A DNA stretch of 64,000 nucleotides from Eledone cirrhosa (taxonomy: Eukaryota): the NCBI GenBank assembly GCA_964016885.1, contig OZ024761.1, positions 19,096,001 through 19,160,000 on the forward strand, read 5' to 3'. The notes beneath the pieces were generated by a model. It saw nothing but the letters and a program-made list of their open reading frames with translations, was not told the DNA's origin and ran no database searches. Of the stretch, positions 14,465 to 28,318 are shown in pieces; the first letter of the stretch is position 1, and each line of letters starts with the position of its first letter. The position numbers and the translations under genes were made by a program.

Positions 14465-15560
14465 ACTACCACTACTACCACCACCCTACCACTACTACCA
14501 CCACCTCCACCACTACTACCACTACTACTACCACCACCACACCACTACTACCACCACTACCACCACTATCACCACCACCACCACCACCACTACTACCACC
14601 ACTACTACCACTACTACCACCACTACCACCACCACTACTACCACCACCACCACCACCACCACCACTACCACCACTACTACCACCACCACCACCACTACCG
14701 CCACTACTACCACCACTACTACCACCACCACCACTACCACCACCACCACCACCACCACCACTACCACCACAACCACTACTACCACCACTACCACCACTAC
14801 CACCACTACTACCACCACTACTACCACCACCACCACTACCACCACCACCACTACCACCACTACTACCACCACCACCACCACTACCGCCACTACTACCACC
14901 ACTACTACCACCACCACCACTACCACCACCACCACCACCACCACCACTACCACCACAACCACTACTACCACCACCACCACCACTACCGCCACTACTACCA
15001 CCACTACTACCACCACCACCACTACCACCACCACCACCACCACCACCACTACCACCACAACCACCACTACCACCACAACCACTACTACCACCACTACCAC
15101 CACTACCACCACCACCACTACCGCCACTACTACCACCACCACCACCACCACCACCACCACCACCACCACCACCACCACCACTACCACCACCACCACTACC
15201 ACCACCACTACCACCACCATTACTACCACCACTACCACCACCACCACCACCACTACCGCCACTACTACCACCACCACCACTACCACCACCACCACCACCA
15301 CCACTACCACCACCACCACCACTACCACCACCACTACTACCACCACCACTACCACCACCACCACTACCACCACCACTACCACCACCACCACTACTACCAC
15401 CACTACCACCACCACCACCACTACCACCACTACCACCACCACCACCACCACTACTACCACCACTACCACTACCACCACCACCACTACCACCACCACTACC
15501 ACCACCACCACTACTACCACCACTACCACCACCACTACCACCACCATTACTACCACTAGT
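14465..15560. repeat. (CCA/CTA)n triplet array ~1.1 kb
   Basis: Direct reading. Confidence 0.98.
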
Positions 15561-16063
15561 ACTCTTCACTCATTCATGAGTTAGAAATATAGATAGTTCC
15601 TTTCAAAATTATTCGCTATCTTTAACAAATATTATTGGAAGTTATAATTGGCAATATGATATATGTATATATATATACATATATATATATATATAGTGTG
15701 TGTACATATATATATATACACATATATACATATATATATATACACACACCTACATATATATATATATATACATACACACATATACATATATACATACACA
15801 CATATACATATATATATGCATACACATATATACATATATATATAGAGATACACACATATACATATATATATATACACACATATACATATATACACACATA
15901 CACACATATACATATATCTGTATACACATATATATACATATATCTATATACATATACATGTATCTATATACACATATATATATACACATATATCTATATA
16001 CACATATATATATACACATATACATACATACACATATATATATACACATATACATACACACAT

Positions 16064-16142
<79 letters not shown>

Positions 16143-16425
16143 AGAGAGAGAGAGAGAAATATTCCAGGTTTGTTTGTTATTCCAGGCCTGTTATATATGA
16201 TATATTGTTCACATCTTGTTCATCTATCACATCTGCTGACTGTGCATACCTGCACTTTACATTGACCAAATGGCATCTGCAGTATGTACATACGTACGTA
16301 GGATGTATTTCGATCAACCGCGATTCTGTGTGTGTATATATATATATATATATAAATATTCCAACAGTAATGGTCGCATTCTTTAAAGGTATGTCAATAT
16401 TTATTTATAAAACTGCTCTATATTA

Positions 16426-16490
16426 TATTTTATCTGAAGAAAGCACACCATAATCTAACTTGATGTCCTTGAAATATGTATAATGAAATA
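16426..16490 (+). ncRNA. Type I hammerhead ribozyme motif (family A), in element 16361-16531
   Basis: TATTTTAT-CTGAAGA-AAGCACACCA..TGATGTCCTT-GAAA-TATGTA-TA-ATGAAATA; one C.A mismatch in stem II. Confidence 0.8.
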
Positions 16491-16659
16491 AATATGGTTT
16501 TATAAATATAGTTTCCATTTGTTAATATCGTATATATATATAGATAGATAGATAGATGTGTGTGTACATACATACATACATACATACATACATACACATA
16601 CATATATATATACTGTATGTATATATATAGTTGTTATATAGTAAGGTGCATTATTGGTT

Positions 16660-16845
16660 GTGTGGATTGGCAGTATCGGTAGAGGGTCGGACGCCATGCT
16701 TTCCAGCATAGTTACGTCCCTTTACGATCTGAGTTCAACTCCCGCCGAGGTTGACTTTGCCTTTCATCCTTACGGGGTCGATAAAATAAAGTACCAGTAA
16801 TGCACTGGGTAATTGCTGGCCTTGTGCCTAAAGTAGAAACAATTA
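16660..16845 (+). mobile_element. Full-length tRNA-derived SINE
   Basis: GTGGATTGGCAGTATCGGTAGAG..GTTCAACTCCC..GCCTTTCATCC..GTAGAAACAATT. Confidence 0.9.
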
Positions 16846-17095
16846 TTGGTTGTGTAAAATGGTCCAATAACTTTATGTTAGCAATATTAAGTTCTCCACG
16901 CTTTTGTATATCTCCATTCCATTCGAGGGAACAGCTAGATGATATATATACACCAAGAGGTTTCGACTTGTGTGTTCAGCAAGCTTTTCAAGGGCGAAGT
17001 AATATCTGTAGGGTATGAAAAAATAGGTCACTGGTCTTGGTAGTGTTTTAGTTGAGTATATTAAAGTAGTAGCTGGTCAGATGGATGAAGTGAGG

Positions 17096-17135
<40 letters not shown>

Positions 17136-17205
17136 GCGCACATATGCGTATACACATAAGGGTATTTTATGTGTGTGTGTACACATCATACATACATACG
17201 CACAT

Positions 17206-17253
<48 letters not shown>

Positions 17254-17568
17254 GCGCGCGCGCACATATGCGTATACACATAAGGGTATTTTATGTGTGT
17301 GTGTACACATCATACATACATACGCACATACATATACACACACACACATATATATACACATGCATTCAAATGCACATACATACACATATACATATTTACA
17401 TACCCCCACACACACATACATACACACTCCCACATACATACATACATACATTCCTACACAATGTCGAATGTATTGTGTTTCTGTACACCTGCTGTAGTCT
17501 TTGGTTTTCTACTTATAACCCAGTCTCATTTTACATCATATTCCGCCAGGTGGATCTAGTTCACTTCA

Positions 17569-17670
<102 letters not shown>

Positions 17671-17820
17671 GAAGTAATTCCGTCGGAAAGGGACAGGAAA
17701 AAAGAGTGCTCTATGTAGGTTACAGAGCTTATTAGTTATGTAATAAACAACATAAGGTAATTATTTCATTTACCAGTGGTTTCTTGAAAGCAAATAAATC
17801 TGCTTTCAGTCGTCGGTTTT

Positions 17821-17881
17821 TTTTCATTCTCACGACTGAAAGCAGATTTATTTGCTTTCAAGAAACCACTGGTAAATGAAA
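17821..17881 (+). ncRNA. Hammerhead fold with core mutation (CTCACGA) in fold-back element 17672-17912 (related to family B)
   Basis: TTTCATT/AATGAAA stem I, TGAAAGCA/TGCTTTCA stem II, GAAA-CC-ACT-GG-TA; the inverted arm reads CCGACGA. Confidence 0.7.
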
Positions 17882-19019
17882 TAATTACCTTATGTTGTTT
17901 ATTACATAACTATATAGAGATATAGATTAAAAAAAAATATAAGAAAATGAGTTTTTTTTTTTTAATGAAAAAAAAACGAGATGTCTTACCCGAGTTTAAG
18001 CAAAAGAGATGAAATCGAAAATGCAACTGGAGTTTTTTTAAGAATATTTATTTGTCGGCGTCTTTTTCTTGCCCACCCGAGGCTGCCCTTTGGCCCCTTG
18101 TAGCCTCAGTACCCCCATCCCCTCCCCTAGTCTATGATAGATTTGGCGGACTCCGCTTTTTATAGCAGTTGTGTTAGACCTCGGATACTTGCCCCCTTCT
18201 CCGACCGCTCCCCCTTTTTTCCGTGCCTTCTATATTTCTTAGTGGCACTTATGCCTTAATTTCTCGTTTCAGTATTTCTTTCTTCTTCTTTCTTTTGGGC
18301 GGAGTGGATTCTGAATTTATTTTTCCGTATTCTACTTTTACTTCGTACGAACTTTCTTGTAACTTGTATAAGAACTTTTGTAGCGTGGCGGTACCTTTAG
18401 AGTTAGCATTAGTATATTTTTTTCGGGACTCCGAATTAGTATCTCGTACTAGTTTACTTTTCTGCACTGGGTGGTTGCTGGCCTTGTGCCCGGGGTAGAA
18501 ACCTTTATTATTTATTTCGTGGTAGTTTCTTTAGTATTTTGACCCCATTTGTTGACCCGTCACCGTATGATTTACGTACTTATACCTCTTAAAAGGGTCC
18601 TTTCCTATTCCGTCCCACCTAGTTTATTTACCTATTTCGTTATTTCTTTATTTCTTTCTTTCTTTATTTATTTATTTATTTATCTAGCCTAACAATAGCT
18701 AGAGACTTAGGTCGTAGAACTTGCTTATATATTCTTTTTTCTTTACACTTATTCGCTTTTCATCACTCTCAGTATTTTTTCTTTCATATATATATTTTTA
18801 CCCCTCATTGTTCTACCCACCGTTTCGACTTCCTCCCCCTCCCCAGTATCTTCTTTGACCTCATGCCCAGCTGTAGCCGGCACTACCAACGCATGATTGG
18901 GTCTACTCCACCCCCTCCCCTTTTTTCTCCCACTGGCAGGTTTAGCCAGCCACCATCTCCCCTACTAATTTGCCATCACAGAATTACTACTAACTTTTGA
19001 CAATCACTTTGACCATATA

Positions 19020-19211
19020 TGGAATTACCCATTGAGAAGCTCGGCTATTTAAATACCAGGATAAATTTTCATTTAGTCCAGAATTAGCCGTCGAAACGGC
19101 TTGAGCTCAGCCGTCGGGGTCTTACTGGTTCCTATTACCCACTCTACTACCCTAAGTATTGAGTACTTTGGTGCGTTATGGTCCACCTGGTTCCTTACCA
19201 CATTTCCTTCG

Positions 19212-19213
<2 letters not shown>
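19020..19213 (+). mobile_element. Family D element with degenerate full hammerhead
   Basis: CGGCTA(19042)..TAGCCG(19085) stem II, GAAACGGC..GCCGTC stem III; 5' core decayed (TTGAGAA). Confidence 0.65.
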
Positions 19214-19245
<32 letters not shown>

Positions 19246-19249
<4 letters not shown>

Positions 19250-19390
19250 CAGTGTTGAACAAAAAGGTGACGTGGTTGCCTTAACACCGTACGGCATAAA
19301 TCAGGCTGTCCGTTTGTTTACAAACGAACAAAGCGAATGTTATAATAAATATTCGCTAAACTGATACGTACATATATGTGTGCCTGTATG

Positions 19391-19433
<43 letters not shown>

Positions 19434-19485
19434 GCTACTGTACGTCTGTATACATATATGTATGTACGTATACATACATACTTAT
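19246..19485 (+). mobile_element. Internal fragment of a TIR-bearing non-autonomous element
   Basis: Homologous to 55470-55680 and 32394-32500 (GTGTCAGTGTTGAA.., CTACTGTACGTCTGTA). Confidence 0.7.
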
Positions 19486-19887
19486 ATATATATATATCAA
19501 GTAAAGCAACGGAGTAAAGGACTCGTGTATAAACCTGTAATTTAATGACCTCATAAGAAAATGTTTTCCTGGGCACTTCAAAATACAATATTGTATATAT
19601 ATTGCAACGTTTTTCGAAATATTTACTTCTGCGTTCACAGATTGATTTTTTTAGTTTCAGAAGATCCCGTTAAGGGTGACAGCAGCGATTCTTTGCTTAA
19701 ACTTTAATCTGTTATTTAAATAAATATATATATAAGACGGTGAGATCGATCTATAGTATCGAGAATAATAATATGGTGTTACATTACTATCGATTCGTCA
19801 CTGTATTGATTTAGCAAACAATTGTAAAAGAATGAACTGATTAAGCACTAATCTTCACATTTGCTTTCATTGTTCAATATATATATA

Positions 19888-20097
19888 GGCGTGTGGCTGA
19901 GTGGTTAGGGAATTGGATTCACAATCGTGAGGTTGTGAGTTCGATTTCCGGACCGAGTGATGCGTTATGTCCTTGAGCAAGACACTTTATTTCACGTTGC
20001 TCCTTCTACCTGGAGTTGCGACCGATAGATAGTATTAGCAATTGGAAAGACCAACGGAAACATTGTTTCCTCGGTCCGATTTGACGAAAGTCGATCG
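19888..20097 (+). mobile_element. tRNA-derived CORE-type SINE
   Basis: TGGCTGAGTGG A-box, GTTCGATTTCC B-box, TCCTTGAGCAAGACACTTTATTTCACGTTGCTCC core; 3' body shared with 26690-26995. Confidence 0.85.
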
Positions 20098-20344
20098 TAA
20101 TATATATATATATATGAGAGAGAGAGAGAAAGAGAGAGGGAGAGAGTGAGAGAGAGAGAGTGAGAGAGAGAGAGAGAGAGAATGAGAGAGAGAGAGAGAG
20201 AGAGAGAGACCACACACATATACATATATATGTAAGACGATGTTCATGCGTGTAACTTGTATCTGCTTCTCTATATATATATATGTGTTGTTTTATATAT
20301 ATATTTCTTTCTGTACACACACATATATATATATGTATATATGA

Positions 20345-20384
<40 letters not shown>

Positions 20385-21001
20385 GAGGGGGGAGAGACAT
20401 TTTATATGTTTGAATGCGTGTGGCCTTATGTGTGCAAATATGTTTGTGTGTGTGTTAGCGTACGCGTCTATACATGTGTTTGTGTGGGGTGTATATAAGT
20501 ATTGGTGTATATATGCATGTGTGTATGTATATATTTACATATGTCTAACGCCAATATTTATTTTATTTTTCTTCCTATTGTTGATAATAGTTTTGAAATA
20601 AATAAATAAATAACCCAATAAGGACATACAAGACACACACACATATTTGTGTATGTGTGTATATGTATATACACACATATACACACACACATATATATAT
20701 ATATACATTATATACATATATATATATGCATATATCTACATATATATATATACATATATATATACATATACATATATAAATACACACAGACATGTATACA
20801 CACACACATGTATATACATACACACACACATATATATATATACATACACACACACACATATATATATATACATACACACACATATATATATATATATACA
20901 AACACATAAACACACACACATACATATATATATATATACACTTACACACATATATACATACATACATACACATACACATATATATATATATATGTGTGTG
21001 T

Positions 21002-21034
<33 letters not shown>

Positions 21035-21356
21035 CTTTAAATCTTATCTTATAATTAACATCTCGTATTTTTTTTATCTTTGTCAAACATCGACACCCCA
21101 GAGATTTCTATCTCAAAATAAAATATCCATAAATAAAGGGGCTTTTTTTAATATTCTACATGTCTGTCTGTGTGTCGGTGAGGAAGTTGGGGTGGGAGGG
21201 GGTGGGGGTTAACAGGAGACAGAGAGGTAGAGACAGGGTGAGAAGAAGTGGGAGAGGGGAGATATAAAGAGAGGGAGAGAGAGAGATATTCTTTGAAATA
21301 CGTGTGTGTATATGTGTGTATATGTGTGTGTAAGTAAAATGAGGGAGAGTGAGAGT

Positions 21357-21433
<77 letters not shown>

Positions 21434-21594
21434 TTAGTTAAATAGACAGATAGATAGATTGACAGGTAGATAGATAGACAGTTAAATGTATGGCTGGAAG
21501 AGGTAAAAGAGTAAAATATATATATATAACCAACAGTAATGGTTGCATTCTTTAAGGGTATGTCAATATTTATTTATAAAACTGATCTATATTA

Positions 21595-21659
21595 TATTTT
21601 ATCTGATGAAAGCACACCATAATTTAACTTGGTGTCCTTGAAATATGTATAATGAAATA
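21595..21659 (+). ncRNA. Type I hammerhead ribozyme motif (family A), in element 21530-21700
   Basis: 8-bp stem I TATTTTAT/ATGAAATA, CTGATGA at 21603, stem II AAG-C-ACACCA/TGGTGT-C-CTT, GAAA 21640, quasi-palindromic TATGTA, predicted AUA cleavage after 21651. Confidence 0.88.
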
Positions 21660-21944
21660 AATATGGTTTTATAAATATAGTTTCCATTTGTTAATATCGT
21701 ATATATATATATATATATATTTATTAAAATAACAGATTAAAGTTTAAGCAAAGAATCGCTGCTTTCACCCTTAACGGGATCTTCTTATATATTTGATATA
21801 TGTCTAGCCCTCTTTAGATTTTAGTCTTCACATTTATTATTATTACTATATATATATATAAATAATAAAAGTGAAGACTAAAATCCGAAGTGGGCTCGAT
21901 AAGAATAATATATATATATATATAGTATATATATATATATATAT

Positions 21945-22477
21945 GTAGATAAATCTACCAAGAGTTTACGGTAGTGTCCAATCCGTATGAAGAACTCAAT
22001 GTATTCCGGATATCATGGAAAGAAGAGATGTAATGAAAAATCACTTTCGGTGAAAGATAAACGGTATACAGAGTCAAGATAAAATATTAAACAAATAATG
22101 AATAAACAATTCCTTATATTAAACAAAAAAAGTTCATTATTTAACGATCGTTTCTAGGATATATATGTGTTAGAATTGGTATGCATATTCAACAGATCTA
22201 TGTACAAAATTATACAAAATTATACAAATTATCAAGATTAAATATACATACCAACACATATATACGCCGTCTTCAGAATTAATTATTTCTGAAGACGGCG
22301 TATATATGTGTTGGTATGTATATTTAATCTTGACAATTTGTATAATTTTGTATAATTTTGTACATAGATCTGTTGAATATGCATACCAATTCTAACACAT
22401 ATATATCCTAGAAACGATCGTTAAATAATGAACTTTTTTTGTTTAATATAAGGAATTGTTTATTCATTATTTGTTTA

Positions 22478-22486
<9 letters not shown>
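21945..22486. mobile_element. Fold-back element with ~200-bp near-perfect inverted arms in (TA)n
   Basis: 22079-22278 is the reverse complement of 22287-22486, 8-nt spacer. Confidence 0.9.
22282..22429 (+). ncRNA. Hammerhead motif with very long stem II (family C)
   Basis: ATTATTT-CTGAAGA(22289)..GAAA(22411)-CGATCG-TT-AAATAAT; stem II TATATATGTGTT/AACACATATATA plus GGTATGTATATTTAA/TTGAATATGCATACC. Confidence 0.75.
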
Positions 22487-22556
<70 letters not shown>

Positions 22557-23083
22557 CAAAGAGAGAGAGAGAGAGAGATATTAAGACAGAATAGACAGAT
22601 GGAGAAGGTGAGAGAGTATGTGTGTGTGGAACCAAGATAGATGTAGAAGGAAAGAGGCTGGTAAGTAAGAGAAAGAGAGAGTGAGAGAGTGATCAGAAAT
22701 AAGAAAAGAATTTTATAAAATTCCTGTGATTTTTTTAGAGTTTTCTTTTTTTAAATTACAAAATAATTCCTTTTCTAATTGTAAACATGAGTTTTGAACA
22801 CACACACACAAACACACACGCACACATACACACCCTAATACATACACACACACATACACACCCTAATACATAGGTATATGCACACACATTTATTTAGTTC
22901 TTAAGTCCTTTTTATGAAAATACAATCTTTGTTTTACATCAAATACAAAAATATCTATATTCCTATGAGGAGATTCTTGTTTAAAACATACATGTGTTTA
23001 TATATATATATATATATATATGCATACATAACTATGTATCTATATTAAATATGTGTGTGTATGTATGTATGTGTATATATATA

Positions 23084-23142
<59 letters not shown>

Positions 23143-23153
23143 ATGTATATGTG

Positions 23154-23188
<35 letters not shown>

Positions 23189-23739
23189 ATTATATGTATA
23201 TATATATGTGTGTGTGTATATGTATATATATATATGTGTGTGTGTGGATATATATGTGCACATATATAAATGTGTGCATATGTGTGTATGTATATATATA
23301 TATATATATATACATATTTATATATATATTTATATTTATGTATATATATATATGTATGTGGGTGTGTGGGTGTGTGTATAACAGAAGACTCTTATTTCAC
23401 TTCCTTTATACAATATTTACTTAAGACTTTACTCCCTAGAGGTCTCTAGTAGTCTGTAACCAAAGCCACAAGTAAACAATCAACAAAACATTTAATGTCA
23501 AATATTTGACAGTTATTTTACTGAACAATGTTTCTGTGTTGGGGTAGTGTAGGGTGGTGGTGGTGGTGGTGGTGGTGGTGGTGGTGGTAGTGTGGTAGTG
23601 TAGGGTACTGGTTGTGATGGTGGGGTAGGTAGTAGCCATTAAGGTGAGGGTAGACGTGGTGTGTGTGTGAGGGGACATGGTGGTCTTGGTGGTGGGGGTG
23701 GTATGGGTTAGACATAAGGGTAAATAGCCATGGGGTGGG

Positions 23740-23875
23740 GGTTTATATAGGGGATAGGTGGCCATAAAGGTGGTGGGGGTGAGGATAGGTGGCCATAAAG
23801 GTGGTGGGGGTGAGGGTAGGTGGCCATAAAGGTGGTGGGGTGAGGATAGGTGGCCATAAAGGTGGGGGTAGACAT
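23740..23875. repeat. ~30-bp G-rich minisatellite
   Basis: TAGGTGGCCATAAAGGTGGTGGGG x4. Confidence 0.9.
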
Positions 23876-23937
23876 AAGCGTGAATAACCAAGGGGGTTGT
23901 GGTGGTGGGGGTAAATATGGGGGTAGACATGGTGTGA

Positions 23938-24095
23938 AGGCACATGGCCTAGTGGTTTGAGCATTGGGCTTGCAATCGAAAGGTTGTGAGTTCAATTCTC
24001 AGACCAGGTGATGTGTTGTGTCCTTGAGCAAGACACTTTATTTCACGTTGCTCCAGTTTACTCAGCTGTAGAAATGACTGGGGTTCCTATCATTA
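23938..24095 (+). mobile_element. tRNA-derived CORE-type SINE
   Basis: TGGCCTAGTGG, GTTCAATTCTC, GTCCTTGAGCAAGACACTTTATTTCACGTTGCTCCAG..CTCAGCTGTAGAAATG. Confidence 0.88.
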
Positions 24096-24789
24096 AATCA
24101 CCCAAGACACCTCCAACGAGATATACCTCGGAGGAGGCCAGCTAAACCTGCAGAGCTGTGAGCTGTAACAACAACAACAGCAACAGACATTGGGGGGGGG
24201 GGGTTTAGATATGGGGGTAGGTAGCCATAAAGGCGGGGATAGACATGGTGGGGCTTGTGGTTGTAGGGAATAGACATAAGGGTGAGTAGCCATGGGGGTT
24301 GCGGTGGGGATAGCCATGGTGGTGGAGGTAGACATGGAGGTAGAGGATAGCCGTGGAGGTGGTGGTGGTGGTGGGGTAACCATAAGGGTGTGGGTAGCCG
24401 TGGAGGTGAGGGGGGATAGGTGGAGGGGGGGGGGGGGGGGGGGGGGCTAGCCATAAGGGTAGAGGGGTAGGGTGTATCCGTAAAGGTGGGGGTAGCCACG
24501 GGGGTTGTAGTGGCGTAGACTTGAGTTGGGGAAGCCGTCGTAGTGGTTGTGGTGATGAGAATTACAGGGGCATTGGTGATAGGGTGGGGTTGTTTTCCTG
24601 ATGATGATGGGGGGTGGGGCAATAAGGGTGAGTGGAGTCATGGTGGTGGAGTGGAGCTGAAGATGAGTTGGTGGTGGTTGTTGTCAGTGTTGTTCTCTAG
24701 CTCTACCCTACATAAGTTTTGATTGAGTGGGGGAGGGCACTGATCAAAGGCGTTCCAGCTTTGACCATATCGTTTCTACACCCACACAG

Positions 24790-24905
<116 letters not shown>

Positions 24906-24999
24906 CACATAAACAAACGTAAATATGGAGATAGATCAAACAAAATCAAATAGACAATTCGGCCCGAACGAACACATCCGGTCATCAGCCATCCATTCA

Positions 25000-25031
<32 letters not shown>

Positions 25032-25112
25032 ATATATATATACACACACATATATATATATATATTATATATATATATATATACACACAGACATATATAC
25101 ATATATATATAT

Positions 25113-25203
<91 letters not shown>

Positions 25204-25244
25204 TATATACACACACACACACATATATACACACACACACATAT

Positions 25245-25283
<39 letters not shown>

Positions 25284-25333
25284 CTCACACACTCATGTAG
25301 TGATATACTTGTGTCTAATATGTATGTATATCA

Positions 25334-25384
<51 letters not shown>

Positions 25385-25406
25385 CATCAACACACCGGAC
25401 AGCAGA

Positions 25407-25455
<49 letters not shown>

Positions 25456-25494
25456 CACACACTCATCATATTTAGTCTTCAAATTTATTATTAT

Positions 25495-25554
<60 letters not shown>

Positions 25555-25560
25555 ATGTTC

Positions 25561-25601
<41 letters not shown>

Positions 25602-25604
25602 ATG

Positions 25605-25654
<50 letters not shown>

Positions 25655-25660
25655 ATGTTC

Positions 25661-25693
<33 letters not shown>

Positions 25694-25889
25694 ATGTTCT
25701 ATATATATATATATACAATGCTGCTGTCCGGTGTGTTGATGGCGGTTTATTAAGCCAGTAGTGGTGTGTGACGGTGTTAATGGCGGAGATACTCAGTGAA
25801 GGTGAAATATCAGTTTGGAGGAGGTAGGGAATCAGACCATGTGGGACAGCATATGGTTTATTGGACATACTGACATGAATGGAACGGAG

Positions 25890-26570
25890 ACAACAACAGC
25901 AACAACAACAATAACAACAACAATGACAACAACAACAACAACAACAATGACAACAACAATATTTACAACAGCAACAATAAGAGCATCAACAACGACAGCA
26001 ACAATAACAGCAACAATGACAACAACAACAATATTTACAACAGCAACAACAACAGCAACAATAACAGCAACAATGACAACAATAACAACAATAACAGCAC
26101 CAATGACAACAACAATATTTACAACAGCAACAATAACAATAACAGCATCAACAACGACAGCAACAATGACAATGACAACAACAACAACAACAACAGTAAC
26201 AATAACAGCAACAATGACAACAATAACAACAACAACAGCACCAATGACAACAACAATATTTACAACAACAACAATAACAATAACAGCATCAACAACGACA
26301 GCAGCAATGACAATGACAACAACAACAACAACAATAACAGCAACAATGACAACAACAACAACAGCACCAATGATTACAACAACAACAACAACAATAACAG
26401 CACCAACGTCAACAACAATATTTACAACAGCAACAACAATAACAGCAGCAATAACAACAACAACAGCAACAATAACAGCAACAACCTGCATCAACAACAA
26501 CAGCACCAATGACAACAACAACAACAACAACAACAACAGCAACAATGAGGATGAGCACGATAATAATTGA
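25890..26570. repeat. (ACA)n-based triplet array
   Basis: Direct reading. Confidence 0.95.
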
Positions 26571-26689
26571 AAATAACAAAAATTGTAGGTAACAAACAAA
26601 CAAACAAACAAACATTTCCTTTTTTATATCTAAAGATGAAATAAGTGTGAACGAAAAAGGGACCTAAAGGGAAGTAATCAATGATATGG

Positions 26690-26995
26690 GCTATTCTGAC
26701 CCCGACCAACCGATCAAATTTTGTCTGGGGGGTCGCTTCCACGCGCTTCGCTTGCCCGACTGTGCCGCAAATGTTAACTGTTGACTGATATCGTATTGTC
26801 TTAGGAATCGATCGACAAGATCCCCGACCTCATTTGCTAAGCGAGCGAGGTCGTACTTGTCAAATCGGACCAAGGAAGCAATGTTTCCATTGGTCTTTTC
26901 CATTGTTGATACTATCTAACGGCTACAACTCCTGGCAGAAAAAAAACAATGGACATAACACATCTCCGGTCCTGGAATCGAACTCGCAATCTAAG
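26690..26995 (-). mobile_element. SINE of the 19888 family with longer 3' body
   Basis: GTCAAATCGGACC..AATGTTTCC-TTGGTCTTT and GGAATCGAACTC are the reverse complement of parts of 19935-20087; related fragment at 28951-29080. Confidence 0.7.
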
Positions 26996-27087
<92 letters not shown>

Positions 27088-27200
27088 TCTTGTCCTTTAT
27101 CTATTTGTTACTGTTCCTTGTGCAATAGAGCCAGTTTTTTCAACCTTAAAATACCGAAACAGCGTATCTCTAGCGGTCGACAGATTCTTTTTTCAAATTG

Positions 27201-27231
<31 letters not shown>

Positions 27232-27341
27232 TAACAGATTATATATATATATATCCACCTCCTCTCCCATTTCCACCAAGCGTGAACCTAATATAACTGT
27301 GTACAATTGCCTCTTGTGTTTCGTTTGTTCATTTTCAACTA

Positions 27342-27426
<85 letters not shown>

Positions 27427-27465
27427 GATATTAACAAATGGAAACTATATTTATAAAACCATATT

Positions 27466-27530
27466 TATTTCATTATACATATTTCAAGGACACCAAGTTA
27501 AATTATGGTGTGCTTTCATCAGATAAAATA
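27466..27530 (-). ncRNA. Type I hammerhead ribozyme motif (family A), in element 27425-27640
   Basis: Reverse complement of the 21595-21659 motif; TCATCAG at 27516-27522. Confidence 0.88.
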
Positions 27531-27882
27531 TAATATAGATCAGTTTTATAAATAAATATTGACATAGCCTTAAAAAATGCAACCATTACTGTTGGAAGCT
27601 CCCGGATAGTGGAGTTATAGCTTTAATTATATTATTATTGTTATTGTTATTGTAGATGTTATTGTTGCTGTTGTTGTTATTGCTGCTGTTATCTTTTCCT
27701 CTCTCTCCTTCTTTATCTTTATCTTTCTCTGTAACCAATGGGCTTATTTTAAAAATAAAAATATCCAATACTAATAATAATATAATTAAAGCTACAACTC
27801 CACTATCCGGGAGCTTCCAATTTAGTCATGGCATGACTAAATTATAACCATCAACATAGTCAAGGTATGTCAAGCATCAACT

Positions 27883-27948
27883 TATTTTATCTGATGAGGA
27901 CGTACTGTTGAAATAGCTCAGTACCTCTGAAATATGTATAATAAAATA
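27883..27948 (+). ncRNA. Type I hammerhead ribozyme motif (family A variant)
   Basis: Perfect stem I TATTTTAT/ATAAAATA, CTGATGA 27891, stem II GGA-C-GTACTG/CAGTAC-C-TCT, GAAA-TATGTA-TA. Confidence 0.88.
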
Positions 27949-27990
27949 TATTTGATCACATGAATGTCTATATTTATTAATATTTTGAAG

Positions 27991-28037
<47 letters not shown>

Positions 28038-28136
28038 AAAGTTCTATTTAAAGTTGTTGGGATACAACAAGTAAATATTTTTATAATTGATATAAAGCAC
28101 TCGACAAATTTCTATTTGTAAAACTGTTATATATTG

Positions 28137-28201
28137 TATTATGTCTGATGAAGGCATACCATAATTTAATGTGGTATCCCTGAAATATGTATAATGAAAT
28201 A
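28137..28201 (+). ncRNA. Type I hammerhead ribozyme motif (family A variant)
   Basis: CTGATGA 28145, stem II AGG-C-ATACCA/TGGTAT-C-CCT, GAAA-TATGTA-TA; stem I weakened. Confidence 0.8.
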
Positions 28202-28240
28202 AATATGGTTTTATAAATATAGTTTCCATTTATTAATATC

Positions 28241-28298
<58 letters not shown>

Positions 28299-28318
28299 CG
28301 TTTATCTATTTTTTCTTC

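Noticed and set aside
24940-25000. Minus-strand CTGATGA-CCGGA..TTCGG hammerhead candidate beside (TA)n
   Set aside because: No GAAA in register and no convincing stem I/III; single copy
25815-26570. Mucin-like Thr-rich ORF
   Set aside because: (ACA)n triplet repeat, also open on the opposite strand; no supported splice context
27160-27195. GAAAC..GTC possible hammerhead 3' half
   Set aside because: No upstream CTGANGA and weak stem III
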